From Vitrella brassicaformis CCMP3155 (taxonomy: Eukaryota; Protista; Chromerida): DNA of 22,340 bases. The stretch covers positions 1 through 22,340 of the forward strand of contig CDMY01000773.1 of assembly GCA_001179505.1 (NCBI GenBank). Reading direction: 5' to 3'. This document shows, one piece after another, positions 1 to 8,325 of this stretch (its first letter is position 1; each line of letters begins with the position of its first letter). A model generated the notes under the pieces. That model was not told the DNA's origin and did no database searches. It saw only the letters and a list, made by a program, of their open reading frames with translations. Both the position numbers and the translations under genes were made by a program.

Positions 1-3
1 CAC

Positions 4-148
4 CTGATGCACGTAGAGATCTCATGCAAGCGACACCAGCGACGGACGCAGCCAGATGGTCAGCCACCATGTGGATTTGCCATCGGGCAGGCGAGTGGGA
101 CCTTGTACGAGGAAGAGAGAGGTCGACCACACAGGCCGTCTGGCTCAT
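4..148 (-). CDS. Possible first exon of a divergent gene running off the left edge (MSQTACVVDLSLPRTRSHSPARWQIH...)
   Basis: Minus-strand ATG at 148, frame open to the window edge, CAG|GTG donor-like sequence at positions 6-1. No recognisable homology; could be chance. Confidence 0.2.
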
Positions 149-512
149 CTGGCCTATGTCAAAACCACGCCGCAACACTCATCCTACTTGCGAGCTTAAA
201 GGCGAGCTTTCGATGCATGCACGAGCTTTTCTCCTTCCGAAAAGACATCTCGGTGAGCCGTCATGTAGCTCAGTATCAGCACACGAAGTTTCCGCTTTCC
301 AGGAGGGCATTTTCATGAAGTCCGTTACGCCATCCGCCATATGCGATTCACGCACGGAGAAAAACCAGCCTAGAGCACTCCCCCAGCTGGTGCTTTTGGG
401 GGGTCGTGAAAACCGCATCGCTTCGAGCTTCTCTCGTCGTTTGTCCTGTCGATTTTCCTTTCCTTTCCTTTCCCCCCCGGTTGTCTTGTGCTCTGTCGGG
501 AGAGGGCTTGAC

Positions 513-2090
513 ATGAAGCGCCACAGATCCGCATCCCCGGCATCTGATTCTACGACCACATCCACACACTCCAGCCCCAGCCCCACCAGCCACCAACAGA
601 GCGAAAGCAAGAGGAGCATGAGCAACATCCTACTTCGGCTGACGTATTACGCGATGGAGGTTGGCTTCCAGCTGGCGTTCGCTCACTTCATCACGCTCGT
701 CTACTCGCCAATCCTCCGGTGGCTGCATGGGATGCCCAACACGCACATCGTCCCCTGGTTCCTCGCCATCTACGCCACGACCCTGGCTCTCTCCCTGACT
801 CAGTATTTCGTGATAGCAACGCTGGTGGACCTTCTTGCTGACTATGTCTTCCCTGATTCCATCCGACTGGCGGCCCACAAGAGATCCAAGCAGCTGGCTG
901 ACGGAGAGGCAAGAAAGGACCAGTGGGGCGCCCCATACGACTACGGGCATCGTGGGTACCTGGTCAATCACATGTTGTTCTCGCTGCGGTGGTGTGTGCC
1001 GATGAGCATCGCTGCGGTGATGTGGATACCGCGGCTTATGCTCGACGAGAACCCTCCTCTGTGGCAGATACCACTCAAGGCAAGAATGAAGACCCACCGC
1101 TCAGACACACACACGTACATGCTGTCGTTCCATGTATCTATCTCTCATGAGTGCAGGTGCAGTGCGGTCTGGTGTTCGGTGATCTGGCCTACTGGTTGGT
1201 GCATATCAGTCAGCACAAGTGCAAGGCACTGTATCAGTGGAGCGACCACAGCTACCACCATCAGTTTCGGCATCCCTGGGGCAGTGCCGGCACGTGGCTC
1301 GGCACCGTTGACCTCTTAGTCGCCACCTTCGCCATCGGCAGCTTCAACATCTACTGCACTGAGCTCATCTTCGGACGGTACACAGGGGGAGAGGGAGGGA
1401 GGGACACACATGACATGCGACCACATAATGACATGGAATCTGATGAGTGTGTTGGTGGGTGCCTGTCTGTCTGTCTGTCTGCAGGCTTTCCCTCTTTGAA
1501 TACATGCTCATGATCAAGTGAGTGCGTGCAAGGAATTGGATGGATGCCACATCACATCATATGATCGGAGGGACACAGACACGAATCGCTGTGTGTTGTG
1601 TGCATTGCGTGTGTGTGTGGCTGACAGTTTTGTGCACGAGATGAACTGTGTCGACCACAGTGGGTGTGAGTTTCCCTTCTGGAGGTATGGATGTAATAAC
1701 TGGGGACAACACAATGAGCAATCCCCCAATCCTGCATGTATGTATGTATGTCTGTTTGTCTGTCGCTTGTCCATCTTTCCTCCAGTGGCTGCCCGTTCTT
1801 CCCTCCCCTGGGCTACTGGCTTCGCCTGGACAAAAGCATCGCCATGCATGAAGGTCAGCCACGCTGACCACCATACACCCACACACACACACATGGCCTC
1901 CCTCCGCTTCTATCATGCAGCTCACCACAACTACAACCACTACTCCTATGGCCTGCTCGGTTTCGCAGACCAGTTTTTCGGCACGGCCAAGTATCCACCT
2001 GGATACCCACTCGCCGACCGGCCGTCCTATCGACTGACTCAGATTTTCGACAAACCCTTACATGCCGTGTGCGCATCGATCCGCCTCTAA
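513..2090 (+). CDS. Fatty acid hydroxylase superfamily di-iron enzyme (sterol desaturase / C4-methylsterol oxidase / cholesterol 25-hydroxylase-like), 371 aa, 6 exons: 513-1079, 1157-1377, 1485-1517, 1628-1684, 1786-1853, 1921-2090
   Basis: Spliced frame is continuous (1116 nt). It has three His boxes: HISQH (1202-1216), HSYHH (1247-1261) and HEAHH (1847-1928, split by intron 5). The DHSGCEFPFW segment resembles the HSGYxFPW motif of ERG25/CH25H. Hydrophobic membrane segments are present and the product ends ...YGLLGFADQFFGT...*. Confidence 0.9.
1080..1156 (+). other. GC-AG intron (intron 1 of the sterol oxidase-like gene)
   Basis: AAG|GCAAGA...GTGCAG| is the only donor/acceptor pair I found that keeps exon 1 in frame with the His-box exon at a plausible intron length. 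Confidence 0.75.
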
Positions 2091-2877
2091 GAGGGGAGAG
2101 AGCAAGGCAAGGCCGCTGTCCACCAGTGAGTGTCCTTCGCACTGCACACACTAAGTACTGACACTCTTCTGGCCGCATTTGCGTCCTTGTGTGTCGTGGG
2201 AGGGAGGGAGGGGCAGGGAAGATTGTTTAGTGGGACTTTCTATCTGTGTGAGATGGAGATGGAGATTGAGAGGGCGAGTGAGCTTTTGATGATCGACTGG
2301 GTGCGGGTCTGGGTGTGTGGGGGTGTGGTTATATATATGTCATTCTGATTGTGTGTCGTGCTGGCTGTTGCTTTAATTTGCTGAGCTCTGGTCTCTGCCT
2401 GATGGGAGGGAAGTGATGATACGAGAGGGAAGGGGAATGATAGACGGGCAGGTGCAGTGATGCTGGCACTCTGTGGTTGGTGTCTGTCCTCAACACACCC
2501 TTGCTTGAGTCGACTTGCTCATAAAGACATGCGCACTGCGTGGGTTTGATTTTGACCAGGACACTGCGGTCTGTAACAGAGGAGCTGAATCGATAAGCAA
2601 CCCTCATTATGCTACATACGACATACACGGCACGGCAACTAACATGGAAAGGAAAGGGGACAGCGCTCGTCGTTGCACGCGATTCAATATGCATCCATCC
2701 ATCCAGACTGTGTTATCACACGAGTCCAGTAGGCTCACCCATACTCGCACACACCTCAAAACAGCCATGTCGATCGGCGAATTCTGTCCAGATGTCAAGC
2801 ACCAGCAAAACGCCCCTCTTAGGCGCGTGTTGTGTGTCTATCCGCAAACGAAGACGCAGTCGGCCACCCGCCCCCTG

Positions 2878-5798
2878 TCATTTCTGGCCAGAGGTGGTGG
2901 TGGTCTTGTGTTTGTGACACTTGTCCATGTCTCGCTCCTCGGCCATCCGGCGCAGCCAGACCAGGTCGACCTCCCGCGACGCCGTCTCCAGAGGGTCGAG
3001 GCGGGGATAGGCCGACTTCATGTGGTCCCGCTTGGGGTCGGAGTACTTGCACTTCTTGAAGGCCGGCCACTCCTCCTCCGTGGTGGTTTCCTTGCCCGGC
3101 TCGCCGCCGCGAGCCGCCCCCGATGACTGGCGGCCCATGAACTGGAACGCCCGTCCCGTCTCTGCCACACACACACACACGCACACACGCATGCAGGCAG
3201 ATGTGCATGTGTCCACGCCATGCCATGTGTGGGGTGAAGTGCGTGTCAGTCTTCTCGCCATAGTCGTTGAAAGTCCGTTGCTGGATGTTCCTGCGGCTCC
3301 GCCCGATGGCGAGCCAGTCGCAGTCCTGACGGCTGTACCACCGCGGCTTGCGTCCCACGGGTGGCAGCCCGGGGGTGGGTGTCCTATCCATGGCCTTGCT
3401 GCTGGCCGGCTCCTCTCCATCCGCATCCATGCTGGCCGACGGCTTGCTCTCCTTGCTCTCGTCGTCGGGCGTCTCCGAGCTCTGCTGGCGGCTGGCGGGG
3501 AAGAAGCCAGCGTCGCGCGATCGCTTCTTGGCGGTCGAGTCCCCACTGCCGTTTTCGTTCATGGGGCTGAAATCCGACTCCTGCATGGCGTCCAGCTGCG
3601 GCATGGGAGAGGGTGGCGCGGGGGGTTGATCGCCGTTGGGGGCGGCCTCCCACTCGACGGGGGCCTTGCGCTTGGGCAGCTTGGGGTTGCTCTTGCGCTC
3701 GATGTAGAGGAGGTCCATGAGGCGCCCCTTGGAGTAGCCGTAGAGCTGCTTCTTGCGCTCGACCTCCTCGCGCCGCCGCGTCTCCAGGTCCTTGGCCTGC
3801 TGCTCCCACGAATAGGATGACTGCACCTCACTCCCCGTCGGATGCAGATATGCCAGCTCGGGATCCGGGAGAGAGTGGAAGGGGTCGAACTTGGTGGGGT
3901 TGTACGACGTCAGGCGAGACCGGCCCGTCCCCTCCCCCCGGCTGTGCCTCTCTGGGTCGCTCCGCTTGCGTCTCAGCAGCTCGCTGAGGGGCAGGTCGGC
4001 GGGCAGAGACATGGCGGGGGACTTGGGGGGTTTAGGTTTGCGGGGCTTCTTGGGTGACGACTTGTGGTTCTTGGGCTGCGGTGGGTTGAAGAGCCAGCCG
4101 AGGTTGGAGTCGGCCTCATCCTGGTCGTCGTGCGTCTGCTTGTCCTCGTCGAGCTTGTCTGGGTCGCAGCGGACGTAGTCGTCGGGCATGTAGGGCAGCA
4201 CGATCTCACACTTGAGGTGCGCCCGGTGGGACAGCATCATCAGGCCCGCTAAAGCATCCTCCTCGGCCTTGGTCATGCCCCCCGCCCCTCCCAGCCCCTT
4301 TCCCCCTCCCTTGCCCTTCTGCTGCTTGGTCTGCCGCTGCTGCTGTTGCTGCAGCTTCTTCCTCTCTCGTCTGGCCTGCCTCTCCTCCTCCTGCTTGACC
4401 TGCCGCAGTGCCGTCTCCACCATGTTGATCTCCTCATACTCCCGCGATGGCGAGCGGGACGGCTCGGGGGCCATGTCCACCGCCACCTTGCGCGCCAAAC
4501 GGCAGAAGAGCCGTGCAGCCTTGTCCAGACTGCGGCGCTCCTTCTCGTCATTGCCCACCTGAGGCGGCCCGCTGCGAGGGGGCAGAGGGGCACGGGAGAC
4601 ACCACCAGCTGTCTTGGGCTTTGGCTTGGGCTGGGGCGGGCGCGGCTCGTTGCGCTTGAGGGGCATGCGGATGATGCGCTTGCTGGCCTTGTGCGCCTGC
4701 TCCTCGGCGTAGGGGTTGAACGAGCGGTACGAGTAGCCCTTGGTGGCAGGGGAGGCCGAGGCCGACCTGTGCTTGGATTTGCTGTTGTTGGTAACGTATG
4801 GGATGCGTTCAGGAACCTCTGGGAAGGGCGGAGGCGGGCCCATGGGGAGCACAGTGATGGGCTGCTGCGATGACTGCTGACTCACAACTCTGAAAAGGAC
4901 CAAGGATGGACATGGCATACACACGTGTACTCTGAGACATGTCTGCCAGGCAGGAGACTTAGAAAGTGCCCTTTCGTCGATTCTGTGCCGACGTACCTAG
5001 CGGGCGATGTGGGGCTGTATCCGCTGATGCCGCTGCCCCTGCGCCCTCTGGCCTCGGGGCTGCCGGCCGCCGTCGACTCGTCCTCATCCTGACCAAAAGG
5101 GTTCTTCGGCGGACGACTATGCGTACCAACAGAAAGAGAGAAAGGAGTGGTTTTGCATCATCGACGCTCGCACAGACAGCATTTCTTGGTTACGTGCGGA
5201 GGACTGATATGCGCTTCGATATCCCTGACTCAGCCCTGCACCATTCGCCACACGAGATCCATGACCCGGCCCTGGATGGATGGATGTATGTCTCTCTCTC
5301 TCTTCTTTTGTCATTTCTCACCTCCCTAGTTCCCTCGCGAGGACAGCGATTTTGTATCCCTCGCTGGTTCTGTCGGCCACGGGCATGAGCTCCTCCCCCT
5401 CCACCATCTGGGTGTAGCGGTCGTGGAGGTAGCACTCCTCCTTCGGCAGCCATGGCAGCCCCTGACGACTGTGGCCAAGCGGAACTGGTGGATCAACATA
5501 CACATACACAAACCATGGAAAGTGACGGACAATGGTGCATTCCGGTGCCCCGGCAGCTGCCTGCAGGCCTCCCTCGTGGCCCTTCAGACGGCCCTTTGGC
5601 TGTGTGCTCTCTGGCTTCCCGATGTGCGAGGGGGTGGAGATCTCCCTCACTTACTCGGGAATGTGACGTCCTCCTCTCGCTCAGGGGCAGACATCTGCTT
5701 CGCCTGAACACCCACAGCAAGCGCCAGCCATGCAGACGAGCAGGCACCTTCCCCCCAGATGCCATGGGGGAAACACGCAAGAGGCCCACCTTCTGCAT
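2878..5798 (-). CDS. Hypothetical Lys/Arg/Pro/Ser-rich, largely disordered protein, about 777 aa; exons 5798-5790, 5703-5655, 5484-5322, 5271-5194, 5116-4997, 4889-3259, 3161-2878 (5' end uncertain)
   Basis: Phase-consistent splice chain (2334 nt) with strong GC3 bias in the large exons, coiled-coil/poly-Q stretch (QVKQEEERQARRERKKLQQQQ) and NLS-like basic clusters. No domain recognised. The small 5' exons are less certain than 4889-2878. Confidence 0.7.
3162..3258 (-). other. GC-AG intron (last intron of the hypothetical gene)
   Basis: TATG|GCGAGA...(GT)nGGCAG|AG joins ...TFNDY to ETGRAFQF... in phase 1 and removes an obviously intronic (GT)n-containing stretch. Confidence 0.75.
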
Positions 5799-6950
5799 TA
5801 TTGCAGCTGGCGCAGCTCAGCAGCCGTCAGAGGTGGGAGGGCGGTGGCTATGGCACCCCGATAGGCCGCCTGGGAGCCGCTGCTGATCAGGAGCACGGGG
5901 CTGCCGGCGGCGGAGGAGATGGGGGAGCAGGTCTCCTATGTGCTGCGTCAGAAAGACTATGGGACTTCACAGATGGGCAGAGAGAAGAGCCGCTCCCTGC
6001 GCAGATCAGGAGGGCACAACCAAACAAGCACCTTCCCCGAGGCGTCGAGACCATCAGATCAGTGTACGAGCTCGCATGTGCTGGTTTTTGCGTCGGAGAG
6101 GTCGGCGGATGGACGTAGACGAAGAGATTTAGGAGTCTGATGGGCCCGGGGCAGAGGCAGCGTCATCTTGTACACTCAGCAAGCAGTGTGACGTCCCAAG
6201 AGGGAGGAGACAAAAACTCGCCAGAGCACAGCATGCAATCAAGCCAAAGAGACCGTACGTCTTGGCACACGTAGAGGCAGGCAGTGCATGGAGGGAGGGA
6301 GGCATTAGTGTAGGCAAGGCATGAGGAGAGAGGGAGATCGATCACACACATACAGACAAGCCATGGGATGGATGAGCATGGGGCCTGGAGCCTGACTCGC
6401 TCTTTCAAAACTGCTTGTACCCATGGATACACACACACACACACACCCCACTTCGAACAGACAGACAGACAGGCGGAAGACACGTGTCAGCCGCTGTGAA
6501 CAAGGCAAGGCAGGTAGACAGGCAGGGTGACGACACACAAAGAAACAAACATAAGCAGGACAGTAAAGGAGAGCCACGCACAAACACACGCGATACGGTA
6601 CCCACACAGAAGGCTTGCCGTAGCATCCATCCATCCATCGATTGCTTGGAACACTCCATTTATCAGAATGGCTGGGCTGGCCCACACTGCACTAGTCACT
6701 CACCCCCAAACCCTCCCTCTCTCCGTCTGGGGGGGTTGAGGGCTGTACACAAACCTGACACCGTCCAAACAAACATAGCCCCCCATGCCCTGCCTTACCT
6801 GCACCCCCTCCCACATGCTTTGTACAGACAGACAGACAGACAGACAGATGCTCATGGTACGTCAAAAACGGGGCGTGTCGATACAACACCAACAGTAGCA
6901 CTCCTCCCCTTCCCCCCCTCCCTCCCTCCCTCCCTCCCTCGGCTGGTGGG

Positions 6951-8074
6951 TCATTTGACGAACCTGTCGTCATACGTGTTGTCGCCCACTCTGCAGTAGT
7001 CCGTCTCGCCCAGCCATGCGTACCGATTCCTCGCCACGAAGTCGTACACACTGAGAACACAGAGGAAGCCCATAACGGAACTTGCACATCCACGAGTGGC
7101 TGTCAGTGCTTACGGGTTCCTGACAAATCCCGGCATGGCAAATCCAAGTAGCGACATCACTTTCACTGCACCGGTCAACTCCCTGGGAGCAAAAGAAAGG
7201 CCCACAGTGATGCCATGCGCTCTTCGCTTCACGATGCCAGCGTTTCTCTCTCTCTCTGTGTGTGTGGCGCGTACTTTCCGATGTGCATGACTGCTTCTGA
7301 TTTAAAGTAGCATGAGTCCTCGGTCACCAACACTATCGAAGATATGTCATCGGGCTGCTTCCCACACCTGCACACACACACACACATTCAGACAACCATA
7401 AAAACAAATGGCCATCCATCGGATTGGTTGTCTCCTCCCTCCTGCGCTCACTCACCGTTCGAGCAGCGCTTTGCCGGCAACGGACTGCAGTGCCGCGAAT
7501 CTAAACTTGCCGTCCTGGTCCTCGTCAAGCATAAAGTTGACGGCCGAATTGCACAGATTACAAATCCCATCGAACAAGATCACTGGCCTGCGTGAGTCCC
7601 AACGACAGAGAGACCATACATATGTCAGTGGCTAACATAATATCTCTCTCTGCACTGCTTTCTGCCCTGACTGACCCAACCCACGTACCTCTTGTCAGCT
7701 GCAAAAATCTGCGCTGCCTTGGCCGCCGACTCAGCTGGCGTGAGATGCTGGTTGGGCACCACAGCGTCGCTGGTGAGTTCCACGTCCCTGGCCATCTCGC
7801 CCATCGAGTCCATGACGGCAGTGGACACGGCGGAGCGATGCCTCGATGCAGGTTGGCTCCTGCGGAGGGACTGCCGTGCTGACTCGTGGAAGAGGGAGCA
7901 GGGGATGCGCTGAGGGGCGGACACGAAGGTGGTGAGAATGGGTGGTGGCTGCACGAGATGTGGCCTGGCCTGGCCCTCCATCAGGCTGGACAGCGCGGGC
8001 GCTGGCTGCCGGCTGTGCCTTATCGAGAGCGCAGAGGCTGACGATAGGAAGGACAGGGCGAAGATCAGTGCCAT
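6951..8074 (-). CDS. DCC family (DUF393, YuxK/DCC1-like) thiol-disulfide oxidoreductase with signal peptide plus transit-like leader, 259 aa; exons 8074-7689, 7587-7456, 7367-7275, 7182-7114, 7050-6951
   Basis: Spliced product contains RPVILFDGICNLCNSAVNF (DxxCxxC), KFRFAALQS, YFKSEAVMHI and PGFVRNPVYDFVARNRYAWLGETDYCR, ending DDRFVK*. All four introns are GT-AG phase 2. This gene is mostly missed by the ORF track. Confidence 0.93.
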
Positions 8075-8325
8075 CCGGTTGGTGCTGACTCAGCCAGGTA
8101 GGCACGCTGCGTCATATAAAGCTTCCTGCTGCTGCAGGTGGAGCCGTGGATGGAGGCTGGCGCGTCTGTCCTTTCCAAGTTGCCAACTTGAAGCTCGCAG
8201 TGAGCTAGGGTGCTGTGAAACCGCTGCCCGGAATTTTTCTTGAGTGACGAGGTGAACTGCAAACGAGTGTGAACGACACCAATCCACATGCTCTGTTGAT
8301 TCCTGACTGCAATTGGACTTGCACG
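8075..8325. promoter_or_regulatory. Putative bidirectional promoter between the DCC gene and the GDAP2-like gene
   Basis: Only 251 bp separate the divergent ATGs (8074 minus, 8326 plus). The interval is microsatellite-free and contains TATAAA (8115-8120), AGCTCGC (8192-8198) and TAGGGT (8207-8212). Confidence 0.6.

Noticed and set aside
516-4776. Similar peptides KRHRSASPAS (gene 1) and KHRSASASPAT (gene 2) as a shared module
   Set aside because: Short low-complexity match with poor nucleotide similarity; likely coincidence.
3020-4873. Long plus-strand ORFs (3020-3820, 4346-4873 and others) opposite gene 2, and similar ORFs opposite genes 5 and 6
   Set aside because: Typical stop-free antisense frames of high-GC3 coding sequence.
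6059-6061. In-frame TGA as selenocysteine or readthrough extending gene 2
   Set aside because: No SECIS-like stem was identified, there is no redox motif context, and a second break (TAA at 5800) would still need explaining.
5759-6118. Plus-strand 119-aa ORF as a separate gene
   Set aside because: It is the in-register antisense shadow of the minus-strand frame at 5935-5798, which has the stronger GC3 bias; no domain is recognisable.
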